Source of the DNA: Escherichia phage vB_EcoM_WL-3 | Length of the DNA: 64,000 nucleotides | Strand: one strand, 5' to 3' | Sequence record: MT968995.1 | Shown here: piece by piece, positions 42,989 through 54,861 of the stretch | Numbering within the stretch: the first letter of the stretch is position 1 | How the letters are laid out: the number at the start of each line of letters is the position of its first letter | Notes under the pieces: generated by a model | Told to the model about the DNA's origin: nothing | Seen by the model: only the letters and a program-made list of their open reading frames with translations | The model's database searches: none | Made by a program: the position numbers and the translations under genes

Positions 42989-43642
42989 TTAATACTTGCA
43001 TGATTTCACAGTTTCAATGAAAACACTTTTAGCTTTCTGTGAATCAATATTTAAAATTTTTCTATAAGCTTTTAACTTTATAGAATAATTATTCCAGACT
43101 AAATTATCAGTCTGTTCATCATGTTTATCAATTATATTTAAAAACGAATCAAGCAAGATAAACGTCTCAAACGAAATTATATTCGATTGAAGCAGTTTAA
43201 AAATATAACTTGATTGAACTTTTGGATTATATTCAAAGATTTCTTTAAAAGCAGAAACTTCAACTTTTTTACTAAAATAATAAATGTTGCGAATATCTTC
43301 TTCAAACTTAAATTTAATTTGCTTTAAGCGTCCGATATATTCACGATAAAACACAAGTGCATCAGCGTCAGAGATGTCACCAATCCAAGCATCCTGGTTA
43401 GCAACAAGATTGCTTATAAAGATTAAAGCAAGTTCCTTTAATTTATATTTTTCTGATAACTTCTGGAAAAAATACTTATCCCTTCGCTTTTGATAAGCGG
43501 CATCAGACACCCGCATGCACCAATTATACTTAATTACATCATACTTTCCATTCATATGTTGTTTTATCATTAAGTATAATTTATAAACTGATTTACCATC
43601 AATGTATCTTTCACCACCAGCAGGCATGCGGAGTTTAATCAT
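42989..43642 (-). CDS. 59: gp59 helicase loader
   Basis: 217-aa ORF; T4 size and position. Confidence 0.9.
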   Translation of the reverse strand: MIKLRMPAGGERYIDGKSVYKLYLMIKQHMNGKYDVIKYNWCMRVSDAAYQKRRDKYFFQKLSEKYKLKELALIFISNLVANQDAWIGDISDADALVFYREYIGRLKQIKFKFEEDIRNIYYFSKKVEVSAFKEIFEYNPKVQSSYIFKLLQSNIISFETFILLDSFLNIIDKHDEQTDNLVWNNYSIKLKAYRKILNIDSQKAKSVFIETVKSCKY

Positions 43643-43977
43643 AGTAGAAAATCTAATGTATTAGTTTTTTCACAACGAACAACAGAAGGACGTAAAAGAT
43701 TTTCGTCAATAGCTTCTGACTGAATTTTTTCAATTATACCCGAAGGAATAAATTTAGCAAATTGAGTTTCAGGAATAGAATTTTCTTCCAAGAATGCTGT
43801 TGTAGCTTCAAGATAACTCATTCCAAATTCTTCTACCATTTTTTCAATAATAAATCCATTTTCTTGGCGGTCAAGAAGCTTTGCAATTTCATCCTTTTCT
43901 TTCTTAATTGAAAGTTCTTTTTCTGAAAGACCGGTCTCATCGACCGGACGAATATCATTTAGAGAAAACTGTGTCAT
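43639..43977 (-). CDS. 33: gp33 late transcription co-activator
   Basis: 112 aa from ATG 43977; T4 size and position. Confidence 0.85.
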   Translation of the reverse strand: MTQFSLNDIRPVDETGLSEKELSIKKEKDEIAKLLDRQENGFIIEKMVEEFGMSYLEATTAFLEENSIPETQFAKFIPSGIIEKIQSEAIDENLLRPSVVRCEKTNTLDFLL

Positions 43978-44224
43978 AAAGTTCAACTACCTCTTCAGTT
44001 TCAGCTTCAAACACATCACGGTTATCTTTATGATACAAAGCTAACAAACGATTAAACATCTTACCATCAACGCCAAGTTCATCTTTGGCGCGAATTCGAA
44101 TATCTTTAATCAATTCATTATAACCAGAAATTTTCAGTTTATGATCAGATGCTTCTTTGATAAATTTAGCCAAGTCTTCGCCATGGATAGCTTCATCAAA
44201 TTCGACCATTTCTTTTTTAGCCAT
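43955..44224 (-). CDS. dsbA: DsbA double-stranded DNA-binding protein
   Basis: 89-aa ORF; T4 size and position. Confidence 0.85.
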   Translation of the reverse strand: MAKKEMVEFDEAIHGEDLAKFIKEASDHKLKISGYNELIKDIRIRAKDELGVDGKMFNRLLALYHKDNRDVFEAETEEVVELYDTVFSK

Positions 44225-44232
44225 TATTCACC

Positions 44233-45150
44233 TCAAAATTCATTAATGCTATTAGTTAATTTAGAAAGACCCGCTTTTACAAAATATGAATAAATTTTGC
44301 CACGCGGTGGTAATTTATATGAATTATAGTAATTCACAATGTTTGAAGCAATATTATCAGGAATATAATCAAAATCAATTAGAACTAAATTTTCTTTATA
44401 TCGATTATATTCAGATTCAGTGAGAAGCACCTTAGCTTGCTCACGGTCATTAGCAATAGCTTCAACAACAGATGTTTTCATTGAAGGAGTTCGTTCACCT
44501 TCAACTCTGGTAAACCAAAAGTCAGATCGTACTTTAACTGAAGCAACGTTATCCTTTTTATCACCTTTAAGGATTTTAGTCATACAGTCAATTTCAGCAG
44601 AACCGCTTTTAATTTTAACCCATTTCTTGTGCATCGGTGACCACTGCTTAACATTTGGGTATTTGTGAAGTTGAGTAAAGTCACCATCCGATGAAATGAT
44701 TAAAATCTTGTGTCCTTCTAAAGAGAACTTTTTAACAAGAACAGCAATGTGGTCATCTGCTTCATACTTGTCAATATCCATAACAATGTATGGCATATAA
44801 GCTTTCAATTCATCTATAACTTTATGACTGGATTCAAAATAACCTTCCCAGTCCCAAGTAGATTCTTCTCGTGCTTTTCCACGGTTTTTCTTATAATAAT
44901 AAGCAAAATCACGACGCCAGTATCCAGATTTCGCGTTATCGATACACAGTACAATTTTAGTGTATCCAAGAGTTTTCGCTTTTTTGACATTAAACTTAAT
45001 TGAGTTCAATATCAAATGACGAACCATTGATAAATTAATTTTTTCTTTATCTGGGAAGTTTACCAAAGCAGTTGAAAGCGCAATTTGACTAAAGTCAATT
45101 AAGCAGATTCCTTCTTTGTAATCTTCATCCAGCATCATTTCTAAATCCAT
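44233..45150 (-). CDS. rnh: RNase H (5'-3' exonuclease, FEN-1 family)
   Basis: 305 aa from ATG 45150; the ORF-track start at 45165 is a TTG. Confidence 0.9.
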   Translation of the reverse strand: MDLEMMLDEDYKEGICLIDFSQIALSTALVNFPDKEKINLSMVRHLILNSIKFNVKKAKTLGYTKIVLCIDNAKSGYWRRDFAYYYKKNRGKAREESTWDWEGYFESSHKVIDELKAYMPYIVMDIDKYEADDHIAVLVKKFSLEGHKILIISSDGDFTQLHKYPNVKQWSPMHKKWVKIKSGSAEIDCMTKILKGDKKDNVASVKVRSDFWFTRVEGERTPSMKTSVVEAIANDREQAKVLLTESEYNRYKENLVLIDFDYIPDNIASNIVNYYNSYKLPPRGKIYSYFVKAGLSKLTNSINEF

Positions 45151-45212
45151 ATGAACCTCGTTCAATTAGTGAGATTTCTATTATATACCATCCGAATCTT
45201 AAAGTAAACAAG

Positions 45213-45220
45213 TATAAATA
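45213..45220 (+). promoter_or_regulatory. Late promoter (TATAAATA) for gene 34
   Basis: Exact TATAAATA 35 nt upstream of the gene 34 ATG. Confidence 0.6.
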
Positions 45221-45254
45221 CTTATTATTGAAAACACAATAGGAGCCCGGGAGA

Positions 45255-48200
45255 ATGGCCGAGATTAAAAGAAAGTTCAGAGCAGAAGACGGTCTGGACG
45301 CAGGTGGCGATAAAATAATCAACGTAGCTTTAGCTGATCGTACCGTAGGAACTGACGGTGTTAACGTTGATTACTTAATTCAAGAAAACACAGTTCAACA
45401 ATATGATCCAACTCGTGGATATTTAAAAGATTTTGTAATCATTTATAATAATCGTTTTTGGGCAGCAACGGATAATATTCCAAAACCTGCTGGAAGTTTT
45501 AATAGAATTCGTTGGAAAGCATTACGTACTGATGCCGTATATACAACCGTATCATCTGGACCATATCAATTAAAATCCGGAGAAGCAATTTCAGTAGATA
45601 CATCAGTTGGTAATGACATTGAGTTTAATTTACCACCTTCTCCGCTTGATGGAGAAACCGTAATAATTCAAGATATTGGTGGAAAACCTGGTATAAATCA
45701 GGTTAAAATAAATTCTTCAAATCAGAGTATTGTTAATTTTAGAGGTGAACAAGTACGTTCAGTTCTAATGACTCATCCAAAGTCACAGATGATATTCATT
45801 TTTAATAATCGTTTGTGGCAAATGTATGCTGCTGATTATAGCAGAGAAGCTGCGATTGTTACTCCATCAACTGCATATCAAGCACAATCTAATGATTTTA
45901 TCGTGCGTAGATTTACTTCCGCTGCGCCGATTAATATTAAACTTCCGAGATTTGCTAATCATGGCGATATTATTAATTCGTGCGTAGATTTACTTCCGCT
46001 GCGCCGATTAATATTAAACTTCCGAGATTTGCTAATCATGGCGATATTATTAATTTCGTTGATTTAGATAAATTAAATCCACTTTATCATACAATTGTCA
46101 CAACATATGATGAAACAACTTCAGTACAAGAAGTTGGAACTCATTCTATTGAAGGCCGTACATCAATTGACGGTTTCTTGATGTTTGATGATAATGAAAA
46201 ATTATGGAGACTGTTTGACGGGGATAGTAAAGCACGTTTACGCATTATAACAACTAATTCTAATATTCGTCCAAATGAAGAAGTTATGGTATTTGGCGCG
46301 AATAACGGAACAGCCCAAACAATTGAACTTCAACTTCCAACCGATATTTCCATTGGTGATACTGTTAAAATTTCCATGAATTACATGAGAAAAGGACAAA
46401 CAGTTAAAATCAAAGCTGCCGGTGAAGATAAAATTGCTTCTTCAGTTCAATTGCTGCAATTCCCAAAACGCTCAGAATATCCACCACCTGAAGCTGAATG
46501 GGTGACTGTCCAAGAATTAGTTTTCAATGGTGAAACTAATTATGTTCCGGTTTTACAACTTGCTTATATAGAAGATTCTGACGGAAAATACTGGGTTGTA
46601 CAACAAAACGTTCCAACGGTTGAAAGAGTCGATTCTTTAAATAATTCTACTAGAGCAAGATTAGGCGTAATAGCTTTAGCTACACAAGCTCAAGCTAACG
46701 TCGATTTAGAAAATTCTCCGCAAAAAGAATTAGCAATTACACCAGAAACATTAGCTAACCGTACTGCTACAGAAACTCGTAGAGGTATCGCAAGAATAGC
46801 AACTACTGCTCAAGTGAATCAGAACACCACATTCTCTTTTGCTGATGACCTTATCATCACTCCTAAAAAGCTGAATGAAAGAACTGCTACAGAAACTCGT
46901 AGAGGTGTAGCTGAAATTGCTACGCAGCAGGAAACTAATACAGGTACTGATGATACTACAATCATCACTCCTAAAAAGCTTCAAGCTCGACAAGGTTCTG
47001 AATCATTATCTGGTATTGTAACCTTTGTATCTACTGCGGGAGCTACTCCAGCTTCTAGTCGCGAATTAAATGGTACAAATGTTTATAATAAAAACACTAA
47101 TAATTTAGTTGTTTCGCCTAAAGCTTTGGATCAGTATAAAGCTACTCCAACACAACAAGGTGCAGTAATTTTAGCAGTTGAAAGTGAAGTAATTGCTGGA
47201 CAAAGCCAAGAAGGATGGGCAAATGCGGTTGTAACGCCAGAAACGTTACATAAAAAGACATCAACTGATGGAAGAATTGGTTTAATTGAGATTGCTACGC
47301 AAAGTGAAGTTAATACAGGAACTGATTATACTCGCGCAGTCACTCCTAAAACTTTAAATGACCGTAAAGCAACTGAAAGTTTAACTGGTATAGCTGAAAT
47401 TGCTACGCAAGTTGAATTCGACGCAGGCGTCGACGATACTCGTATCTCTACACCATTAAAAATTAAAACCAGATTTAATAGTACTGATCGTACTTCTGTT
47501 GTTGCTCTGTCTGGATTAGTTGAATCAGGAACTCTCTGGGACCATTATACCCTTAATATTCTTGAAGCAAATGAGACACAACGTGGTACACTTCGTGTAG
47601 CTACACAAGTTGAAGCTGCTGCAGGAACATTGGATAATGTTCTAATAACTCCTAAAAAGCTTTTAGGTACTAAATCTACTGAAGCGCAGGAAGGTGTTAT
47701 TAAAGTTGCAACTCGGTCTGAAACTGTAGCTGGAACGTCAGCAAATACTGCTGTATCTCCAAAAAATTTAAAATGGATTGTGCAGAGTGAACCTACTTGG
47801 GCAGCTACTACTGCGATAAGAGGTTTTGTTAAAACCTCATCCGGTTCAATTACATTCGTTGGTAATGATACAGCTGGTTCTACGCAGGACTTAGAACTAT
47901 ATGAGAAAAATAACTATGCAGTATCACCATATGAATTAAACCGCGTATTAGCAAATTATTTGCCGTTAAAAGCAAAAGCTGTAGATAGTAATTTATTAGA
48001 TGGTTTAGATTCACTCCAGTTCATTCGTAGGGATATTGCGCAGACGGTTAATGGTTCACTAACCTTAACACAACAAACGAATCTGAGTGCCCCTCTTGTA
48101 TCATCTAGTACTGCTACGTTTGGTGGATCAGTTTCGGCAAATAGTACATTAACTATTTCTAATACTGGAACGGCAACTCGTCTTATTTTTGAAAAAGGGC

Positions 48201-49204
48201 CTCAAACTGGGACGAACCCAGCTCAAACGATGACAGTCAGAGTGTGGGGAAATCAATTCAGCAGTGAATCGGACACAACACGTTCTACTGTATTTGAAGT
48301 TAGTGATGAAACGTCTAGTCACTTTTATTCTCAGCGCAATAAAGCTGGTAATATAACATTTAATATCAATGGTACAGTAACACCGATAAATGTGAATGCT
48401 TCAGGAACATTGAATGCGAATGGCGTTGCAACATTCGGTAGTTCAGTTACTGCTAATGGCGAATTTATCAGTAAATCGTCGAATGCTTTTAGAGCAATAA
48501 ATGGTGATTATGGATTCTTTATTCGTAATGATGGTGCTAACACCTATTTTATGCTTACTGCATCTGGTGATCAGACCGGTGGATTTAATGGATTACGTCC
48601 TTTATCTATTAATAATGCATCTGGTCAAGTAACGATTGGTGAAAGCTTAATCATTGCCAAAGGTGCTACTATAAGTTCAGGTGGTTTAACTGTTAACTCG
48701 AGAATTCGTTCTCAGGGTACTAAAACCTCTGATTTATATACCCGTGCGCCAACATCTGATACTGTAGGATTCTGGTCAATCGATATTAATGATTCAGCCA
48801 CTTATAACCAGTTCCCGGGTTATTTTAAAATGGTTGAAAAAACTAATGAAGTGACTGGACTTCCATACTTAGAACGTGGCGAAGAAGTTAAATCTCCCGG
48901 TACATTGACTCAGTTTGGTAACACACTTGATTCGCTTTACCAAGATTGGATTACTTATCCAACTACCCCAGAAGCGCGCACCACTCGCTGGACACGCACA
49001 TGGCAGAAAACCAAAAACTCTTGGTCAAGTTTTGTTCAGGTATTTGATGGGGGTAACCCTCCTCAACCTTCGGATATAGGAGCGATCCCATCTGATAACG
49101 GAATAATAGGTAATCTTACTATTCGTGATTTCTTGCGAATTGGTAATGTTCGCATTATTCCTGACCCAGTGAATAAAACTGTTAAATTTGAGTGGATTGA
49201 ATAA
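45255..49204 (+). pseudogene. 34: Gene 34 long tail fibre proximal subunit, interrupted by a frameshifting 77-bp tandem duplication
   Basis: Two ORFs (45255-46067 and 45980-49204) share RFTSAAPINIKLPRFANHGDIIN; deleting one 77-bp copy gives a single 3873-nt ORF. Confidence 0.85.
45899..46055 (+). repeat. Perfect tandem direct repeat, 2 copies of 77 bp
   Basis: Sequence at 45901-45977 is identical to 45978-46054; period 77 is not a multiple of 3. Confidence 0.95.
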
Positions 49205-49212
49205 GAGGTATT

Positions 49213-50328
49213 ATGGAAAAATTTATGGCAGAGTTTGGACAAGGATACGTCCAAACGCCATTTTTATCGGAAAGTAATTCAGTAAGATATAAAATAAGTA
49301 TAGCGGGTTCTTGCCCGCTTTCTACAGCAGGACCGTATGTTAAATTTCAGGATAATCCTGTCGGAAATCAAACATTTAGCGCAGGTCTTCATTTAAGAGT
49401 TTTTGACCCTTCAACAGGAGCATTAGTTGATAGTAAGTCATATGCTTTTTCTACTTCAAATAATACTACATCAGCTGCTTTTGTTAGTTTCATGAATTCT
49501 TTGTCAAACAATAGACTTGTTGCTATATTAACTAGCGGAAAGGTTAATTTTCCTCCTGAAGTGGTATCTTGGTTAAGGGGAGCAGGAACTTCAGTTTTTC
49601 CATCAGATTCAGTATTGTCAAGATTTGACGTATCATATGCTGCTTTTTATACTTCTTCTAAAAGAGCTATTGCATTAGAGCATGTTAAACTAAGTAATAG
49701 AAAAAGCACAGATGATTATCAAACTATTTTAGATGTTGTATTTGATAGTTTAGAAGACGTCGGAGCGACAGGATTTCCAAAAAGAACTTATGAAAGTGTC
49801 GAGCAATTCATGTCAGCAGTTGGTGGAACTAATAACGAAATTGCGCGATTGCCAACTTCAGCTGCTATAAGTAAACTTTCTGACTATAATTTAATTCCTG
49901 GTGATGTTCTTTATCTTAAAGCACAGTTATATGCTGATGCTGATTTACTTGATCTTGGAACTACAAACATATCCATTCGTTTTTATGATGCATCAAATGG
50001 ATATATTTCCTCGACCCAAGCTGAGTTTACTGGGCAAGCTGGGTCTTGGGAATTAAAAGAAGACTATGTAGTTGTTCCAGAAAACGCCGTAGGATTTACG
50101 ATATATGCACAAAGAACTGCTCAAGCAGGTCAAGGCGGCATGAGAAATTTAAGTTTTTCTGAAGTATCAAGAAATGGCGGCATTTCAAAACCTGCCGAAT
50201 TTGGCGTCAACGGTATTCGCGTTAATTATGTCTGTGAATCGGCTTCACCTCCAGATATAATGGTACTTCCTACACAAGCCTCTTCTAAAACTGGCAAAGT
50301 GTTTGGACAGGAATTTAGAGAAGTTTAA
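49213..50328 (+). CDS. 35: gp35 long tail fibre hinge connector
   Basis: 371-aa ORF; T4 position. Confidence 0.85.
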   Translation: MEKFMAEFGQGYVQTPFLSESNSVRYKISIAGSCPLSTAGPYVKFQDNPVGNQTFSAGLHLRVFDPSTGALVDSKSYAFSTSNNTTSAAFVSFMNSLSNNRLVAILTSGKVNFPPEVVSWLRGAGTSVFPSDSVLSRFDVSYAAFYTSSKRAIALEHVKLSNRKSTDDYQTILDVVFDSLEDVGATGFPKRTYESVEQFMSAVGGTNNEIARLPTSAAISKLSDYNLIPGDVLYLKAQLYADADLLDLGTTNISIRFYDASNGYISSTQAEFTGQAGSWELKEDYVVVPENAVGFTIYAQRTAQAGQGGMRNLSFSEVSRNGGISKPAEFGVNGIRVNYVCESASPPDIMVLPTQASSKTGKVFGQEFREV

Positions 50329-50333
50329 ACTGA

Positions 50334-50360
50334 GGGAGCCTTCGGGTTCCCTTTTTCTTT
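50334..50360 (+). terminator. Terminator after gene 35
   Basis: gggagcc-ttcg-ggttccc hairpin followed by a T-run. Confidence 0.55.
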
Positions 50361-50367
50361 ATAAATA
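50360..50367 (+). promoter_or_regulatory. Late promoter (TATAAATA) for gene 36
   Basis: Exact TATAAATA 24 nt upstream of the gene 36 ATG. Confidence 0.55.
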
Positions 50368-50390
50368 ATATTAAAATAAAGGGGCATATA

Positions 50391-51041
50391 ATGGCTGATT
50401 TAAAAGTAGGTTCAACTGTGGGTGGATCTGTCATTTGGCATCAAGGAAATTTTCCATTGAATTCAGCCGGTGACGATGTACTCTACAAATCATTTAAAAT
50501 ATATTCAGAATATAATAAACCGCAGGCAGCTGATAACGATTTCGTTTCTAAAGCTAATGGTGGTACTTACGCCGGTCCAATTACTATTAATTACGGGGTA
50601 AATAGTTATCTTCAATTAAGTAATAATGAAACCCCTATCCGAATTCGTTCTGGTGGCGGCACTGGTAATACTCTTGTAGTTGGTGGCTCTTCTGGCGGTA
50701 TTAGTTTTAGACCAGCAGGTAGTGAAATCACTACTGGACAAATTACTATTACGCCAGAAGGTTTGACAACATTTACCAGGGCTGTAACGGCTCCATCTGT
50801 AACTGTTACATCTACTCCTTCCGCAGCATCTGATGTTACTCGTAAAGATTATGTTGATGGAGCAATAAATACTGTTACAACAAATGCAAACTCTAGGGTA
50901 TTACGCTCTGGAGACACTATGACAGGAAATTTAACTGCGCCAAACCTTTTTTCACAGAATCCTGCATCTCAACCTTCACACGTTCCACGATTTGACCAAA
51001 TCGTAATTAAGGATTCTGTTCAAGATTTCGGCTATTATTAA
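50391..51041 (+). CDS. 36: gp36 long tail fibre distal connector
   Basis: 216-aa ORF; T4 position. Confidence 0.85.
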   Translation: MADLKVGSTVGGSVIWHQGNFPLNSAGDDVLYKSFKIYSEYNKPQAADNDFVSKANGGTYAGPITINYGVNSYLQLSNNETPIRIRSGGGTGNTLVVGGSSGGISFRPAGSEITTGQITITPEGLTTFTRAVTAPSVTVTSTPSAASDVTRKDYVDGAINTVTTNANSRVLRSGDTMTGNLTAPNLFSQNPASQPSHVPRFDQIVIKDSVQDFGYY

Positions 51042-51049
51042 GAGGACTT

Positions 51050-53998
51050 ATGGCTACTTTAAAACAAATACAATTTAAAAGAAGCAAAACTGCAGGTCAA
51101 CGTCCTGCTGCTTCAGTATTAGCCGAAGGTGAATTGGCTATAAACTTAAAAGATAAAACAATTTTCACAAAAGATGACTCAGGTAGTGTTATAGAATTAG
51201 GTTTAAAATATGGAGGAACTATAAATGGGTCTTTAGAGGTTACAGAAAATATAACTGGAACTTTAATTGGAAATTCTAGCACAGCTACTAAATTGCAAAC
51301 ACCTAGGAAAATTAATGGTATATCTTTTGATGGGTCAAAGGACATTACCTTAACTCCATCTGACATAAATGTCAATAGCACAACATTTATAAAAAATAAT
51401 GGCGAATTACCTACTGATGCTAATTTAGATACGTATGGGCCCATTGAAGAATATCTTGGTGTTTGGTCGAAATCTACTTCAACAAATGCGCAACCAGCAA
51501 ATAAATTCCCAGAAGAAAATGCCGTAGGTGTACTAGAAGTGTTTGTGGCCGGCCAATTTGCTGGCACTCAGCGTTATACTGTAAGATCTGGTAACGTCTA
51601 TATTCGTTCCTTATCTGCTAAATGGAATGGCGTCGATGGTCCATGGGGTGTGTGGCGTAATGTTCAAGCGTCAACTCGTCCACTTTCACAAACGATTGAC
51701 CTTGATAGCTTGGGAGAATTAGAACATTGTGGCTTATGGCGAAACAGTTCAAGCGCAATCGCATCATTTGATCGCCATTATCCAGAAGAAGGATCAGCCG
51801 CACAAGGATTTTTAGAAATATTTGAAGGTGGTTTATACACGAGAACTCAGCGTTATACTACCCGCATGGGTATGGTTTATACTCGTTGTCTCGCTGCTGC
51901 ATGGGATGCTAGTGCACCTAAGTGGGAGGAATGGAAGCAGGTTGGTCATGGCACACCAGCGACTTTCTATGATGGAGATCTGAATGATTTTAAAACTCCC
52001 GGGTTATATAATATTTTAGGCACTGATGCCGTTATTAACTGTCCTACAGGTGAAGGTTTGCCGACTGTTATTGTTGGTTTGCTGGAAGTTAAACAGCGTG
52101 CTTCTGGCGGTGCTATTTTCCAACGTTTCACTACCGCAGGAACGGGTGCAACTACTCGCGATCGTATTTTTGAGCGTGCATATACTGGTGGTGCGTGGGG
52201 TGCATGGAACGAAGTATATACATCTTATTCTCTGCCAATTACTTTGGGTATGGGTGGTATTAAAGCTCAATTAGCGGAGTTAGATTGGCAAACCTTTGAT
52301 TTTGTCCCTGGTAGTATGTTTAGTGTTCCTTTGAACAAAATAAAGAATATGCCAGCAAATATGGATTGGGGCACGATTGATGGAAACCTGGTTATGTTTT
52401 CTGTCGGTCCTAGCGAACATACCGGAACGGGTCGAACTGTTCAAGTGTGGCGCGGTACTGTATCTCAGGCGAACTATCGTTATTTCGTTGTTCGTATCGC
52501 TGGTAATCCAGGAAGTAGGACTAATACTTGTCGTCGTGTTGTTCTTGAAGACGGATCACATACTTGGACTGCTCAACAAAACTTTAGGGGATTGCTGAAT
52601 ATCACTGCTGCTGTTAATCTTGGTGCTAATCAGAAAATTTCACTTGCTCCAGGAGCATATATTCAAGCCCCTGCTAGCGGTTCTGGTTCTAATACTTACG
52701 CAAATCAGAATACTACCATTGCGCCATTATATCAGGCTATTGACGATTCAAATAAAAACCAGTTTGCGCCAATTGTTAAACAGAAAAACACTGTAACAAA
52801 TATTACTATGGCTTCTGGTATGGATATTGCTAGTTCAGAATATCGTATCGTTGCTCAGGGTGATTTATCCGCTACTGGAACTACAGCCACTGAATTAGCT
52901 ACATGGCGTTTCTTGCCGTCTGGCCGATTCATGTCACAAAGCCGAGTTTATGCTGGCGCAGCATTCTTGAACACTGATGGTAACATTGCTGGTTCAATCT
53001 GGAAGAAATACAACGATGCAACCAATTTAGATGCTGCCTTGAATACTCGCCTAGGTAAAGGCGGTGATACGATGACAGGTCGGTTAACAATCAATGCACC
53101 TAATGATTCTATTGTATTATCAACGACTGCTAGTAATTCTTTGCATATTCGTGGTGACATAGACGGGACTGGTAACTGGTATATTGGTAAGGGTGGTGCT
53201 GATAATTCGCTAGCATTTTATAGCTATGCTTCTCAGGCGGCAGTACATATCACAAACAGTGGTGAGATTGCGTTAAAACCGCAAAATACCGTAATGGTTA
53301 ACGTTAACCGTGACCGTGTACACATTAACGGTTCTGGATGGATTGCTAGACAACCGGGTGATTGGGGCAACCAATGGCGAGTAGAAGCTCCATTATTCGT
53401 TGATCATGGTTATGTTTCACAGGATTGTTATTATCCTATTCTTAAAGCAAGAAGCGTTATAACCAATCAAGGATATAGCACCGCTGTTGACTTTGGTATG
53501 CGTCGTATTCCATCACAGTGGGGGCAAGCAATCATTCGTGTCGGATCCACGGAGGCTTCTCCTGATGCTGGACACCCACAAGCTGTGTTTGAATTCCATC
53601 ATGATGGATTCTTTTATACACCAGGAAATGGTAGCTTTAGCGATGTGTATATTCGTTCTGACTCCCGTCTCAAGATTAATAAAGAAGAATTAGAATATGG
53701 AGCGGTCGAAAAAGTTTGCCGACTGAAAGTTTATATTTACGATAAAGTTAAGTCTATTAAAGACCGTAGTGTTATTAAACGTGAAGTTGGTATTATTGCT
53801 CAGGACCTTGAAAAGGAATTACCGGAAGCTGTATCTAAAGTTGAAGTTGATGGATCTGATGTTCTGACAATTTCTAACTCTGCTGTGAATGCTCTTTTAA
53901 TTAAGGCTATTCAGGAAATGAGTGAAGAAATTAAAGAATTGAAAACGCCTTTCTTCACTAAAATTGCTCGCAAAATTAGTAATTATTTTAAATTCTAA
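51050..53998 (+). CDS. 37: gp37 long tail fibre distal subunit with C-terminal intramolecular-chaperone-like domain
   Basis: 982-aa ORF; last ~113 aa (from SDSRLK, nt 53657) resemble the autocleaving C-terminal chaperone domain of phage fibres. Confidence 0.85.
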   Translation: MATLKQIQFKRSKTAGQRPAASVLAEGELAINLKDKTIFTKDDSGSVIELGLKYGGTINGSLEVTENITGTLIGNSSTATKLQTPRKINGISFDGSKDITLTPSDINVNSTTFIKNNGELPTDANLDTYGPIEEYLGVWSKSTSTNAQPANKFPEENAVGVLEVFVAGQFAGTQRYTVRSGNVYIRSLSAKWNGVDGPWGVWRNVQASTRPLSQTIDLDSLGELEHCGLWRNSSSAIASFDRHYPEEGSAAQGFLEIFEGGLYTRTQRYTTRMGMVYTRCLAAAWDASAPKWEEWKQVGHGTPATFYDGDLNDFKTPGLYNILGTDAVINCPTGEGLPTVIVGLLEVKQRASGGAIFQRFTTAGTGATTRDRIFERAYTGGAWGAWNEVYTSYSLPITLGMGGIKAQLAELDWQTFDFVPGSMFSVPLNKIKNMPANMDWGTIDGNLVMFSVGPSEHTGTGRTVQVWRGTVSQANYRYFVVRIAGNPGSRTNTCRRVVLEDGSHTWTAQQNFRGLLNITAAVNLGANQKISLAPGAYIQAPASGSGSNTYANQNTTIAPLYQAIDDSNKNQFAPIVKQKNTVTNITMASGMDIASSEYRIVAQGDLSATGTTATELATWRFLPSGRFMSQSRVYAGAAFLNTDGNIAGSIWKKYNDATNLDAALNTRLGKGGDTMTGRLTINAPNDSIVLSTTASNSLHIRGDIDGTGNWYIGKGGADNSLAFYSYASQAAVHITNSGEIALKPQNTVMVNVNRDRVHINGSGWIARQPGDWGNQWRVEAPLFVDHGYVSQDCYYPILKARSVITNQGYSTAVDFGMRRIPSQWGQAIIRVGSTEASPDAGHPQAVFEFHHDGFFYTPGNGSFSDVYIRSDSRLKINKEELEYGAVEKVCRLKVYIYDKVKSIKDRSVIKREVGIIAQDLEKELPEAVSKVEVDGSDVLTISNSAVNALLIKAIQEMSEEIKELKTPFFTKIARKISNYFKF

Positions 53999-54004
53999 CA
54001 ACAA

Positions 54005-54020
54005 GGGGCTTTGCCCCTTT
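54005..54020 (+). terminator. Hairpin after gene 37
   Basis: ggggc-ttt-gcccc hairpin and TTT immediately before the gene 38 RBS. Confidence 0.4.
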
Positions 54021-54030
54021 GGAGAAAATT

Positions 54031-54831
54031 ATGGCAGTAGTTGGTGTTCCCGGTTGGATTGGAAGTTCATCTGTAAATGAAACAGGACAACGATGGATGA
54101 GTCAAGCGGCTGGTCAATTAAGATTGGGTGTTCCTTGCTGGATGAGCCAATTCGCCGGACGCTCAAGAGAGATTATTCATACCGTAACAGCAAACCATAA
54201 CTTTAATGGTCAATGGTTCCGCGACCGTTGCTTTGAAGCTGGCGGTGCACCCATTGTATTCAATATTGTTGGTGATATCGTTTCTTATTCTAAAGATGTG
54301 CCACTTTTCTTTATGTATGGGGATACGCCTAATGAATATGTTGTTCTTAATATTCATGGCGGTGTTCATATGTGGGGTCGTGGTGGTAATGGTGGATACA
54401 CTCACTCAGGAGGCGACGGTAACGGTACACAAGGCGGTCATGTTATTCAAAATGATATCGGTGGACGGCTTCGTATTTGGAACTACGGTGTTATAGCTGC
54501 TGGTGGTGGTGGTGGTGGCGGTATTGCATATCGTCCACACTCAGGGGCAAACTGGCAAGATATCGGTGGCGGCGGCGGTCGACCTTTCGGTGGGGCTGGC
54601 GGTGGCGGTTATTCCGGTGGTGCTGCTTCGTATGAAGGTCCGGGTGGTGGTTATGACTATGGTAACGCACACTCCGGCGCTGGTGGTAATGCTGGTGCTG
54701 CTGGTCAGAATGCATGGTCTGACGGCGGTAAAGTTCTTAAAGTTGGTGTTGGTGGTGCGTCTGGTCATGCAGTGTTTGGGTCTTCTCCAACTTGGGGTGT
54801 TGTTGGAACAATTTACGGACCAAGAGTATAA
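54031..54831 (+). CDS. 38: gp38 receptor-recognising adhesin, T2/T6 type with glycine-rich motifs
   Basis: 266 aa from ATG 54031 (GGAG RBS); poly-Gly blocks GGGGGGG separated by variable segments; the ORF-track start at 54019 is a TTG. Confidence 0.8.
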   Translation: MAVVGVPGWIGSSSVNETGQRWMSQAAGQLRLGVPCWMSQFAGRSREIIHTVTANHNFNGQWFRDRCFEAGGAPIVFNIVGDIVSYSKDVPLFFMYGDTPNEYVVLNIHGGVHMWGRGGNGGYTHSGGDGNGTQGGHVIQNDIGGRLRIWNYGVIAAGGGGGGGIAYRPHSGANWQDIGGGGGRPFGGAGGGGYSGGAASYEGPGGGYDYGNAHSGAGGNAGAAGQNAWSDGGKVLKVGVGGASGHAVFGSSPTWGVVGTIYGPRV

Positions 54832-54861
54832 TTTGAATAAATATCCTTAAAAGGAGGGTCT

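Noticed and set aside
46751-46993. 80-aa - strand ORF inside gene 34, and similar antisense ORFs inside genes 29, 37, nrdA, nrdB, 52 and ligase
   Set aside because: They fall in the repeated-motif part of the overlapped gene, or are short chance frames fully inside long conserved genes on the opposite strand, with no translation signals.
54491-54850. His-rich 74-aa ORF (54491-54715) and other antisense or alternate-frame ORFs (54163-54405, 54206-54496, 54503-54850, 54541-54768) inside gene 38
   Set aside because: They are products of the repetitive GGT/GGC glycine codons of gp38 read in other frames or on the other strand (giving His/Pro/Thr runs). None has an RBS and all overlap a well-supported gene completely.
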